Virus record (IMG/VR): IMGVR_UViG_3300021255_002737
Length of the DNA: 64,000 nucleotides
DNA from: a virus
Reading direction: 5' to 3' (one strand)
The notes below the pieces were generated by a model, which was given only the letters and a program-made list of their open reading frames with translations, was not told the origin of the DNA and ran no database searches. Below are positions 20,066 to 29,693 of the stretch, piece by piece. The position numbers and the translations under genes are program-made. Positions within the stretch are counted from its first letter, which is position 1. Each line of letters starts with the position of its first letter.

Positions 20066-20478
20066 AACAATCCCTCCTTGCGAAATGCATATTTGAAAAA
20101 TGGTGTCCACCAGGCACGATGATAGATAGTAGAAATGGACTCACCGTATACCGTTGGAACCTGCATGGCTAACAAATCGCCATAGCCAAGGTAGATACCC
20201 GTGTGCAAATCACCGTCTATCTTGAAGATCACGAAGTCACCAAAGGACAGTTCATCGTAATACACCTGTGTCATATTGAGTAGACAATACTTGTACAATC
20301 TACGCCAAACAGAAGGTTCGGAAAAATGGTCTTTGTCTACGGGTTTTCCATCATCAATCGGATGACTCCACCCATGATTGCGATAGAATAGACGGCACAG
20401 TCCAATGCAATCACATTTTGAAAAAGAGGATTCGCCAAAATAATGTGGAATCCCAATGTATTTATTCACGTTTTCCAT
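20062..20478 (-). CDS. NlpC/P60-family tail-associated peptidase (gpK-like)
   Basis: CDCIGLCRLFY (catalytic Cys context) and a downstream GDLHTGIYLG His. Confidence 0.65.
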   Translation of the reverse strand: MENVNKYIGIPHYFGESSFSKCDCIGLCRLFYRNHGWSHPIDDGKPVDKDHFSEPSVWRRLYKYCLLNMTQVYYDELSFGDFVIFKIDGDLHTGIYLGYGDLLAMQVPTVYGESISTIYHRAWWTPFFKYAFRKEGLF

Positions 20479-21170
20479 TAAACAATTTCCACCTCCATTT
20501 GACAGCTATAGCCAACAATGTTTTTCCCTTCGCGATAGTCTGTAATCTCCATAGAATCCGGTAGAATAACAGAGATGAGTTTATGGTCGTACATGACCTT
20601 GAGCGGGACACGACAATGAGAATTAAAGAGTTGAATCATGGTATCTCGTTCGTCTTTCAGGCCACTCCATGTTGCACTCAGCTTCTCGTGTGGTTTATTG
20701 GACTTTGCGCGTCTCTGTGTAGCTCCCATTTCAAGCACCTGTACATTCCAATCGATGGATCGTGTGAACTCATTGTATGGCGATGGTAAAATATCATCGG
20801 TTGATGCGTCGGGATACGACACGCGCTGGGCATCTACTTCCAGTCCAATATCACAGGTGTACATTTGAATTTCCCCTGCTGCCACCTTCTGCTTCACGGA
20901 CAATGTATTGGTAAAATAGCATAAGTCCTTGATTCCATCGTATTCAAAGAAGAATGGATTGAGCTGACCATGATGTTTATTGTAAAAGGCAATGAGCTTA
21001 TCCATGTCTTCACGGATGCCTTGCACGGTAAAGCTATAGGTTTTCTTTGCATGGACACGTTTACGACAATAGAGTTTCGTGCCATTCTCTGATTCGTATT
21101 CATTGGATGACCATGCGAAACCCAATTTCACTTTTCCATAGGGAACGAATGAAAATGTATCAATAGCCAT
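20478..21170 (-). CDS. Distal tail / minor tail protein
   Basis: 230-aa ORF; the first tail-tip gene after the tape measure by synteny. Confidence 0.6.
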   Translation of the reverse strand: MAIDTFSFVPYGKVKLGFAWSSNEYESENGTKLYCRKRVHAKKTYSFTVQGIREDMDKLIAFYNKHHGQLNPFFFEYDGIKDLCYFTNTLSVKQKVAAGEIQMYTCDIGLEVDAQRVSYPDASTDDILPSPYNEFTRSIDWNVQVLEMGATQRRAKSNKPHEKLSATWSGLKDERDTMIQLFNSHCRVPLKVMYDHKLISVILPDSMEITDYREGKNIVGYSCQMEVEIV

Positions 21171-21215
21171 TGTCTACTTCCTTTCATTGTATATTCCATG
21201 AGATACATCGGAATC

Positions 21216-21257
21216 CAATGGAGGAACTATAGTTTTAAACATAAGGTTTTTCCATTG
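21216..21257. repeat. Hairpin family M3, copy 1
   Basis: Stem CAATGGA/TCCATTG around the conserved loop GGAGGAACTATAGTTTTAAACATAAGGTTT. Confidence 0.6.
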
Positions 21258-21319
21258 TCGTTCGATGGATTCATGGTTATCTGAATAGAGGGTTCAATAC
21301 TTCTGCTTGTTTAAATGAT

Positions 21320-21352
21320 TACTTACGTCAGTAAGTATTTGCGATAGCAAAT
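21320..21352. repeat. Tandem double hairpin, copy A1
   Basis: TACTTAC-GTCA-GTAAGTA followed by TTTGC-GATA-GCAAA. Inverted counterpart of 45720..45751. Confidence 0.6.
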
Positions 21353-21490
21353 CAAACACTGTATGAACTATTTGTCTTATTAAAACAAAATAAGCTATTG
21401 ATTTCATGTTGTGATTCCTATGATTTGTTTCTCATAGTTTATTCAACAATTCTTCAATAGCTTATTTTCAATTCAATAGTTTTTATAAAC

Positions 21491-21536
21491 AGACCTTTAG
21501 AAGATTTACTAACGTAAATCATTTGCTAAAGCAAAT
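21491..21536. repeat. Tandem double hairpin, copy A2, with conserved flank
   Basis: CAGACCTTTAGAA + GATTTAC-TAAC-GTAAATC + ATTTGC-TAAA-GCAAAT. Inverted counterpart of 45953..45997. Confidence 0.6.
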
Positions 21537-21601
21537 AATATTTAATCAAGGAGGAAACCACCCAAAGGTTATTCATTATTCTCATATTAGCTCGTGAATC
21601 T

Positions 21602-21644
21602 CAATGAAGGAACCAAAGTTTTAACTCTAAGGATTCATCCATTG
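21602..21644. repeat. Hairpin family M3, copy 2
   Basis: Stem CAATG/CATTG around the GAAGGAACCAAAGTTTTAACTCTAAGGATT loop. Confidence 0.55.
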
Positions 21645-21699
21645 TCATCCACGAAGTCTGTATGGAGATTCAATGTATACTCTATAGTACCCTCTTTAT

Positions 21700-21759
21700 T
21701 TACCCCTCTATATATAATGTCTTTTTTGGGGCATATTGTTCGGTCAAAATCAAAAGTTT
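21700..21759 (-). repeat. Conserved ~50-nt element, copy 1 of 3
   Basis: TTACCCCTCTATATATAATGTC-N6-GGGGCATATTGTTCGGTCAAAA. Confidence 0.6.
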
Positions 21760-21940
21760 AATCAAAGTTTTACTTAGCGTTCTAAAACATGTTCTATTTT
21801 TGCCATATTTAATGCGCCTATATGCCTTTTCTATGTGTTTTCTCAGCATATTTTGTGCAATACCAATGGACATTTATTTCAAGATACCATAGAAATATGC
21901 ACAGAAGGTTATGTCTCCTATGCATATTTGCTATAGTATC

Positions 21941-24900
21941 TTAACGGAAACCGTGTCGTTTTTGGTTATGGAGAATCGATTGGAACGCTCTTGGGTTCCT
22001 CTGGATCGCATTCATAACATCATCACTGGATGCGTGTGTATTCAGTACAACGACATTACCAGAGCCATCGGAATTACCCATGTTCTTAATGGTATCCGTC
22101 TGCTCCTGCATGAGCTGTTCCATGCGTGCATTCGGATTCGTCACACGGACTCCTTCGGCTCTCTTTGCTACACGTGGGGAAATCTGTGGAACATATGGTG
22201 TTGGATTCAACGCACCACCATCGGCAAATGCACCGTAATTCATGGCATCCAGATTGTCCTTACCAATGCGGCTCGTTGCTTCCGCTGTCATGACATATTC
22301 GCCATTAGAAAGAAAAACGAACCTGTCCTTGTCCGCTAGATATGCGAGGATACTATCAGATTTACCAGTGCCAGCACCACGAATCATACCGCCGTTAGCA
22401 TACGCTCTGCTCAGTAATCCGCCCATAGCATGACCACCCAGACTAATGGATGGCGTAGAACCTGCCATGAGCATTGCTTCGGTGAGTGCTTGCATCTGCA
22501 ATGTCTGTGCCTGAGTTGTCACTGTATTCGTCTGGACAGCCGTTGTATTCATTGTGTCTTTCAGGTTAGAGGTCTGTGTCAACGTATTGGAAACATTGGT
22601 GAGTGCCGTTGCTTTCTGTGTGACATTACTGAGTTGACTAGTTGCTTGTACAGACTTGTTCACGGAGGATGCGAGTTCTCCACCACTGGATTTCATGGGG
22701 AAGTAATTGCCATTCAGTACACCGTTGCTCATATCAAGATAACGATTACCCGTTGCAACCTGTGTCCATCTCCTTGGTGTAGCCGTGAATCTCGACGCAT
22801 TATTTGCAAGAAGTCCAACACCTGCATTGACAGCCGCGTTCTTCCCTGCATTACGATTACTGATTGCATCGTCAATCGTTGTTCTTGCATTGAACAGCCA
22901 ACGGTTGACCGTCATTCTCATGATCTGTTGCAATGCAATCTTAGCAACGTCATCCCAGAGCTTTTTCCATGACTCTTTGAAGGAACTACCTTGCTTGATA
23001 ATATCGAAGAACATATCATCAATATCACTCTCAATGGTGCTCCAGAGATTCTTTGTGACTTCATCGTCCTTCTCAGCAATCTCACGGATTTTCGCTTCTG
23101 TTTCTTCGACCTCTTTTTGTATTTTCTGGAAGTTCTCACTGCCATGCTTTGAAAGCTGGTCAATGTTTTCCTTGAGGTCTTTGGCCTTTGCCTTGAGTTC
23201 CGCAATCTTATCCTTGGCCTCATCCGTGTTGTCGCCCTTGTATTGAGCAAGTCCCTTCTCTACGAGTTCACCCTTCTCGTTGTGCTTACCATTCTGGATA
23301 TCATCAAGCTGTTCGTAGTATTCCTCAAGCTGTTCTTGGTCACGCCTACGAATATCCATGAGACTTTCCCTTTGTCTCTTTAGTCTCTCGTTGTAAATAT
23401 CAATTTGAGACTGATAGAGTTCATGGGTATCCATATACTTTTCCTCGTCAGTTTTATTGGAAGTTGTACGGTTATACCATTCCTCAAGGCGTTTCAGACG
23501 GAAGTCCTCATCCTGTTCAGGAGTCATATAGCCATTGCGAATCTTTTCATTTACACGTAACTCAGCGAGTTTGCTATCGGCGTTGCTTAACTGCTCACGA
23601 ACCTTAAAGAGGTTATCAACGAGTTTCTTGAACTCATTATCCTTCTTACTGGTTAAATCAGCGAGCTTTCTTAATTCGTCCTGTGGCATGTCATAAATGC
23701 TTTTGCCGTCGAGTTTATTTTTGATTTCTACGTGCTGATTAAGGTATTCGTCAATATCGTCCGTAAGATTATCATAGGTCTCAACCCATCCCTTACGGTT
23801 TTTCTCTACGGCTTCATAGTATGACTTTTCGCTTGCATCGTTTGCACGAAGTAATTCATAGGTATCGCCATGAATCTTCATCTGATACTCGATGTTTTTC
23901 TTCTTCGCTTCGTAGAGTTTTTGCTGACGGTCTTGGTCATAGATAGTTTCTGCAATTTGATCTCTTGTGAAATCTGCAAGGGTACTCTTGCGACCATCCC
24001 AGAAAGACGGTTTACGAATACTATTAGCATTGCCCTGCATCGGGCCATTGTGATAGCGATTCCATGCTTCGGTGCCTGTACCATCACCAACAAGAGGGCC
24101 TGATGCAGAGTCAACAGTTCTTCCGTCGTTACCCTGACCAAAGGACACATCGTAGTGAGTGCCACTTTCAACCGCGGCAGAAACACCATAATCTCCAAGA
24201 ATATCTTTAAGTACTGCCCCATTATTGTCTATGGACAAGTCTGCTTTATACCCCGCATAGTGTCCCCACGGAGAATTTGAGTGTCCCGAGCCACCAGTCA
24301 ACGATGTAATGGCTAATTTTTGACCAGTTGCGGCATAATAACGGTTTGCAATGATATTGATAAGCCTACGGACGTATGGCTGTAGATTCTCAATGTTATC
24401 CCAGCTGCCACTCATTGTGATATATCGAGAGTCAAGGCCATACATAGACTTATCATCAACATCGTAGCCGCCACTCTGGATACCATTGACATCACCAGAA
24501 GCTCCTTGTCCTTGACCAATGAGTCCTTCTGACATGATACCTCTCATGCTTGCGGCATAGTCATTAGGATTAGCCGTGAAATATCCATTGGCATACATGC
24601 CATTAGCAAGTTCCTCTGGACTAGACGGCTCAGAATCAAAGTCGTTGTCAATTGTATTGGCAAGTTTTGTTGTAAAGTTATCGTCACTACCTTCGTCTAC
24701 ATCTTCGCCACCATCCATACCAGCAAAGTTGTGATTCCGTTTTGCAGCATCGCGCTTGCCACGAGCTGACTCATGCATCATGATGAGCCAATACCAGAGA
24801 GGATTCTTGACCTTCCGTGCTTTACCAGCGGCATCTACGGCGAGTTCCCAAAGATGTGCTTCGTCTGAATCATTGCCAATGTATGCTTGACCATCGGCAG

Positions 24901-26848
24901 AAACAGAGCCACTATAGCCACCAAGGTCATAGAGTCCACCTGCTTGCTCATTTGGATCACTGAATCTTTGGTCATTCTTATTGTAATCATAGTGATTACG
25001 GAGGAACAATGCTTTATCGTTTAACCATGTTTTCCAGTCTTGATCCGTAATGCCAGGCGTAAGGTGTCCCAGTGCTTCTGGCACAGAGAGTCCCTGGGCA
25101 AGATATGGTGCCATCTTCTCATAAAACAAACGTCCAGATTCCCATGTATTGCGTCCACCAGTGCCAAATGGGTCAGACACACCATCGAACTCAAGAGTAT
25201 TAATACCAGTCAATTTCGTGACAATAGCAGACAATGTAGCGATGTCAAGGCCATTCCTTGTATCAAAGTTGGCCTCAAACTTTTTAGACAACTCTGCAAA
25301 CATCTGTGATGTCGTGTCGCCATACTGCCAATCCTCTTTTGGGTCTTTCTTTGTGCGTTCACCGCCACTACTACCGCGCTTTTGTCTTTCACTAGGTGTA
25401 CGATTATACACGTCGCCACCAGCACCTTCACCGGAACCCCATTTTTGCAAGAAGTCATTAGGGTCATTAACAACAGGGGCACTTGTATTAAGTCCACTGG
25501 CAAGATTCGATGCTTCCTGTGTGGCTTTATCAGCCGCCGCTATGATTTTATCGTATCCTGCATGGTATGCTTCCATATACCTGTCGCCCTTAACATCCTC
25601 TTGTGCATTTTCTGCATTTTTGCGCATTTCTGCAACTCTTTGTGTTAAATTACGATACTGTACAACCTCTGCGTTTGACATATGGTAGTCTGGGTCATTG
25701 TATCTGTCATTCATCTCGTCAATTTTGCTTTGCAGTTCATCTGCTTGCTTCGTATAGCTATTAGCCTGTGCTTGGTCGAACTGTTCTTTCATTTGATAAA
25801 AGGCAGTATATGCATTTGCCCAATCGCCGAGTGCCTTAATTCTATCACTAATACCATTGCAGAACTCATATGTCTCTTGTTTCCAGGTATTGAGGTTATC
25901 CTGTGCGTTCTGCCAGTTATTCAGAGCCTCTTGCTGTTTTGCCGAAATAAATTCAGCCAATGCCCTTTTCTTGTCATCCGTTGCTTTCTTATAGTTGTCC
26001 CGCACCTTCTTTGTAGAATCATCTGTCCAGTTATCCGCTTGCATCTGTTGTACAGCAGACCATCCGACAACCTGTGCCATTTGGTTCTCTGTTTCGATAC
26101 GATCCTCAAGGAGTTTCTTCTTCTTCTCGTCGCTGACCGTGGAACTCTCAATCTCTGCCGTGAGCTTCTGGTGAGCAGTAAAGAGTGCATCAAGAAACTC
26201 CTCCTGCTGTGTGTACATTTCAATCTCTTGGCGCTTCACTGCCACGCTATCCTGGATTGCTTCGGTCTGTTTCTGTACGGCATTTGTACTCTCATTGATG
26301 TTGCTTGTGAGTGCTTCAAGACCAAGGTCAAGTGCAAGAGAGACACCGAATGTTGCGGTGGCTTTCAGTAAACTAATACTGTTCTTTAGTGAAATGATAG
26401 CGGCTTTCAGTCCCCCTGCTGCTGTTGTTGCAGCAGCAAAGGCTGTTGACATGTTACTGATTGTCGCTGTTGCACCACTTGCTGTAATCATGTTTAACGA
26501 TGTACGAACCATTCTCATAGCTCTGTTTACAGCGTACATGATAGCAGCTAATTTCACCATGCTACCAAGGAAACTGTATGTGGATGTACTGACCGTAGAC
26601 AGGTAATGTGCCAGATTATCTAATTCCGTAACGCATTCCTTGAGCCATTCGGTAAGGCCACTGTTGCCACCTTGTGCAACCATACCAGTCAAGTCGGCCT
26701 TGAGTTTATTAATGCGACGAGACAGGGAATCCATCTGGTTTTTCACCTGGTTATCCGTGAATCCCATGGAATTGACAGCAAGGCCCCAGTTCTTGATGAT
26801 TTCCTGATAGTTACTGAACATTGCTGCTGCTTTTGCCCATTGAAACTT
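21941..26848 (-). CDS. Tail tape measure protein, exon 2 (contains two muralytic domains)
   Basis: Continues the TP901-type core (KFQWAKAAAMFSNYQ...NSMGFTDNQVKNQMDSL). Hydrophobic segment and long coiled coils. Glucosaminidase-like HESARG...NHNFAGM and LAS/M15-like SGHSNSPWGHYAGYKADL...THYD. Confidence 0.8.
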   Translation of the reverse strand, partial: KFQWAKAAAMFSNYQEIIKNWGLAVNSMGFTDNQVKNQMDSLSRRINKLKADLTGMVAQGGNSGLTEWLKECVTELDNLAHYLSTVSTSTYSFLGSMVKLAAIMYAVNRAMRMVRTSLNMITASGATATISNMSTAFAAATTAAGGLKAAIISLKNSISLLKATATFGVSLALDLGLEALTSNINESTNAVQKQTEAIQDSVAVKRQEIEMYTQQEEFLDALFTAHQKLTAEIESSTVSDEKKKKLLEDRIETENQMAQVVGWSAVQQMQADNWTDDSTKKVRDNYKKATDDKKRALAEFISAKQQEALNNWQNAQDNLNTWKQETYEFCNGISDRIKALGDWANAYTAFYQMKEQFDQAQANSYTKQADELQSKIDEMNDRYNDPDYHMSNAEVVQYRNLTQRVAEMRKNAENAQEDVKGDRYMEAYHAGYDKIIAAADKATQEASNLASGLNTSAPVVNDPNDFLQKWGSGEGAGGDVYNRTPSERQKRGSSGGERTKKDPKEDWQYGDTTSQMFAELSKKFEANFDTRNGLDIATLSAIVTKLTGINTLEFDGVSDPFGTGGRNTWESGRLFYEKMAPYLAQGLSVPEALGHLTPGITDQDWKTWLNDKALFLRNHYDYNKNDQRFSDPNEQAGGLYDLGGYSGSVSADGQAYIGNDSDEAHLWELAVDAAGKARKVKNPLWYWLIMMHESARGKRDAAKRNHNFAGMDGGEDVDEGSDDNFTTKLANTIDNDFDSEPSSPEELANGMYANGYFTANPNDYAASMRGIMSEGLIGQGQGASGDVNGIQSGGYDVDDKSMYGLDSRYITMSGSWDNIENLQPYVRRLINIIANRYYAATGQKLAITSLTGGSGHSNSPWGHYAGYKADLSIDNNGAVLKDILGDYGVSAAVESGTHYDVSFGQGNDGRTVDSASGPLVGDGTGTEAWNRYHNGPMQGNANSIRKPSFWDGRKSTLADFTRDQIAETIYDQDRQQKLYEAKKKNIEYQMKIHGDTYELLRANDASEKSYYEAVEKNRKGWVETYDNLTDDIDEYLNQHVEIKNKLDGKSIYDMPQDELRKLADLTSKKDNEFKKLVDNLFKVREQLSNADSKLAELRVNEKIRNGYMTPEQDEDFRLKRLEEWYNRTTSNKTDEEKYMDTHELYQSQIDIYNERLKRQRESLMDIRRRDQEQLEEYYEQLDDIQNGKHNEKGELVEKGLAQYKGDNTDEAKDKIAELKAKAKDLKENIDQLSKHGSENFQKIQKEVEETEAKIREIAEKDDEVTKNLWSTIESDIDDMFFDIIKQGSSFKESWKKLWDDVAKIALQQIMRMTVNRWLFNARTTIDDAISNRNAGKNAAVNAGVGLLANNASRFTATPRRWTQVATGNRYLDMSNGVLNGNYFPMKSSGGELASSVNKSVQATSQLSNVTQKATALTNVSNTLTQTSNLKDTMNTTAVQTNTVTTQAQTLQMQALTEAMLMAGSTPSISLGGHAMGGLLSRAYANGGMIRGAGTGKSDSILAYLADKDRFVFLSNGEYVMTAEATSRIGKDNLDAMNYGAFADGGALNPTPYVPQISPRVAKRAEGVRVTNPNARMEQLMQEQTDTIKNMGNSDGSGNVVVLNTHASSDDVMNAIQRNPRAFQSILHNQKRHGFR

Positions 26849-27110
26849 CAATTTGTTACTCATAAAAAATAAGCCATAGCTTATCATTACGGGTACGGTC
26901 ATTTCTGCCGTACTCTCACGTTTTATTTCATGACTATATCGTGAGTTCGGACTATACATTCATCCCTCGACTTTACGTTAGGGAGGCTATTTGTAGTCTC
27001 TACGGTTCCCTATATAGGTTTTACCACGGTCTTGTCCTGTCATTAGGAGTTTAACCGTTATTAAAGCATACTAATAATATATTTCTATATTATGCGGCAA
27101 GTTTAGGTCT
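26849..27110 (-). ncRNA. Candidate group I self-splicing intron (262 nt, no ORF) in the tape measure gene
   Basis: R-like GUAGAGACUACAAAU (26990-27003) and S-like AUGUAUAGUCCGAAC (26945-26959) form P7 GACUA/UAGUC. P1 is GCGGU|AG with UUGCCGC, with a U.G pair at the splice site. P10 is AAACUU with the exon-2 start AAGUUU. Terminal G. P2, P3, P8, P9 and two further 3' hairpins can be drawn. The junction is in frame. Confidence 0.7.
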
Positions 27111-29222
27111 ACCGCCACTCATTTGAATCCAGAGGTCTTTCAGGTTTTTGTTTGTCCCTTGGGCAGCAACAGCAACATCCATTAAGACAGCCTGTGCAGA
27201 GCGAACTTTGGTGACACCATTGACAACCTCTGTGGTTGCAATGCCGAGCTTATTGAGTTCCTTTACAGCCTTATCGCTATTGAACGATGCAAGCATTGTC
27301 TTGAGCATATTACCAATTTCCGAACCACTCAATGCCGTTGCACGAGTACCTTGAGCAATGAGTGCATTAAGGAACTCGAAGGAGATTCCTGCCTGTTTAG
27401 CGACCGAACCAGAGCGTTCTACGCCAGCTGCAAGGTCTTGAGCAGAGACACCTGCATTGTGAGATAACTTGGTATATACATCGACAATCTTATTGGAATA
27501 TGCCAATGCTTCTGCACTGTTCTTTGCAACAAGTCCGTACTGGAACATAGCTGCTTCTACGGCCTTTGTGGACTCTGCCATAGAGAAGTTATCGGCAACA
27601 GCCAGTTTTGCTGATTGAGAAACCAATGTATTGACCGTTGCTTGGTCTTTGTACATACGTCCCCAAAGTCTTGCAGATTCCATAACATCCTTTACAGACT
27701 CACCGTATGCGCTTGCCGTGTTAATGAGTGCTCGTTGCTCCTCTTGGTATTTCTCAATGGCTTCAGACGATTTACCTTCAAGCTGCGGCATGACCGTTGC
27801 CAAGTTATGCATTTCCTCATCGAGTTTAACAAGAGAATTGAATGTTTCCGTTGGAACTGCAAAAGCCGCACCAAGCAATGAACCTGCGGTAATCCAATAC
27901 AGATGACTACGCAATTTCTGTTCAAACGACGCAAACTTTTTTGAAGGTTCAGTGTTGTTCACGTCTTTCTGGAAAGCCTCATACTCTTTCCGTACAGCTG
28001 CAAGGCTCGCTTTAACGTTATCCAGTGCGGCCTTATTTGCAGCAGTAGGATCGCTTTTCCAGAGGGCATAGACTCTCTGTTGAACATCTTCAAGTCTACG
28101 AAGTTCCCTTGTATACGATTGGATACCCTCTGCCCATTTACCAGTTGGATCAACTGGCTGTACAGAAGGTGTAGTTGGTGCAGGATTCTTTGTTGTGTTC
28201 ATACTTCTCTGATAGGCTTCTTGTTCTGCCCTTACCTTTGCAATGGTAGTAGCAAGTTTATCAAGGTTTTGCCTTGCTTCCTGTGAGCCATCGTGTCTCC
28301 AGACGATATACATCTGCTCCTGCAATGCCATCAACCGTGATAATTCCTGGGAATACGTCCTGAGTCCAGTTGACCATGCTTCAAGGTTCTTCTGCATAAC
28401 AGCCTTGTTTTGTGCTTCGGAATTGTTGAATGAGCTGAATGGAGACGTGAATGTCTTTGCTCCGCCGATTTTCTGATATTCAGCAAGGAGTTGATTGAAC
28501 TGTTTCATTGATAACTCAAAGTCTGCTCTCTTGACCTGCTGTCCACGTTCCATAGCAAGAGTCTGTCTATCAATGATCCTTTCGATTTGTGTCTCAAGTT
28601 CTGCACGACGTTTTAACTCATCAATAGCAGCCTGAGTACTCCACTTATATGTCGAGTAGTTCTCACTATTGTAAACATTGTCACGAGCAATACCATATTC
28701 TCTGAGCTTTGTAATGACCTCATCCAACGCATTTCTGCGGTTATACCATGTAGATTCAGGAATGAGCTTATTGTTACTCTGGGCAATCGAAAGAGTGCGT
28801 GTTAACTGCTCGTACTTCTTGAGTAATTTATCAATAGCTTCATTGTCTTTAATAGCAGCTTCCTGCATCTTCGTCATGTCCTGAACAAGGTTATTGAAAG
28901 AGCTTGCCTTGATATTTTTCAGGGTATCTTCCAGAGTCTTTTCAAGGGAACGTAAAGACTGCTCTGTCTGCTCTACACCATTAACTTTAATGGATGCGCC
29001 CTTGTTCAGCAACTCAATGCCACGCTTAACCTCACGCAAATCCTCACTGATCGTGTGAAGGTTTGATTTGAAGTTATCATTAACACCAATATTTACATTG
29101 GAATTATTCAGTTTATCAACGAAATTCTTTGCACTTTCGAGGGATTTCTTGACACCCTCAATTTTATCCGTGCCATTGGCAATGATATTGATTTCATATA
29201 CCAACTGTTGTTTGTCTGCCAT
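27111..29222 (-). CDS. Tail tape measure protein, exon 1
   Basis: Start refined to MADKQQLVYE (GGAGGG ribosome-binding site). Coiled coils followed by the TP901-family core (SAYGESVKDVMESARLW...AQDLAAGVERSGSVAKQAGISFEF...). As a stand-alone ORF it would end RPKLAA* inside the proposed intron. Confidence 0.8.
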
Positions 29223-29294
29223 TTTATCCCTCCAATTTGACATAAAAAAATAAGGGATACCATGTTTTACCACGATACCCCTTTGTTATATCAG

Positions 29295-29651
29295 TTATTC
29301 ATCTTGGTGATTGATTCTCCAGACACGATTTAGTTTTTTAAGGTCAACGTCTGGGTCGCACGGGTCATATGCGTCGGTTTCTATGACATCCTGTAAACGC
29401 TTATCTCTGTAAAACATCATTTGCATGGATGTTCCACCGAGTTGGTTACGAAAAGATACAACGATAACATAGAGGTTTTCACCGAATGGCCCATTCACAG
29501 AACGGAAACGCACGCTATCTGGTTCATTAAAAATGACTTGATCCACGCAATCATATGCGTATTGTTCTTTTGCGTTTAGGGTGTTGTCCTCTGCAAAACA
29601 AACAGATGACATGAGCAACATTGACAATAAGACAATGAGAATCCTTTTCAT
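29295..29651 (-). CDS. Secreted protein with a signal peptide (moron candidate)
   Basis: Start refined to MKRILIVLLSMLLMSSVCFA|EDN after AAAGGAG. Sits between the tail chaperone and tape measure genes. Confidence 0.65.
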   Translation of the reverse strand: MKRILIVLLSMLLMSSVCFAEDNTLNAKEQYAYDCVDQVIFNEPDSVRFRSVNGPFGENLYVIVVSFRNQLGGTSMQMMFYRDKRLQDVIETDAYDPCDPDVDLKKLNRVWRINHQDE

Positions 29652-29693
29652 ATAAACCACTCCTTTCATAATAATAGTATATCATAATTATCA

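Larger units (their letters stand above)
21171..21940. other. 770-nt non-coding region between the tape-measure stop and the distal tail gene, made of conserved hairpin modules
   Basis: No credible ORF. Contains hairpin families also found at 45.5-46.4 kb. Confidence 0.6.

Noticed and set aside
21760-21934. 58-codon minus-strand ORF (MSIGIAQNML...TLYIEG*) in the tail-operon non-coding insert
   Set aside because: No ribosome-binding site. Its C-terminus is the conserved ~50-nt element, whose other copies differ by a 1-nt indel, so the reading frame is not conserved.
26861-26959. ATG at 26959 or 26863 as an independent start of a second tape-measure gene
   Set aside because: Neither has a convincing ribosome-binding site. 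The 5' extension overlaps the S box, P9 and downstream hairpins of the proposed intron, and the protein sequence only becomes TMP-like from KFQWAK, exactly at the predicted 3' splice site. This remains the alternative hypothesis if splicing is disproved.
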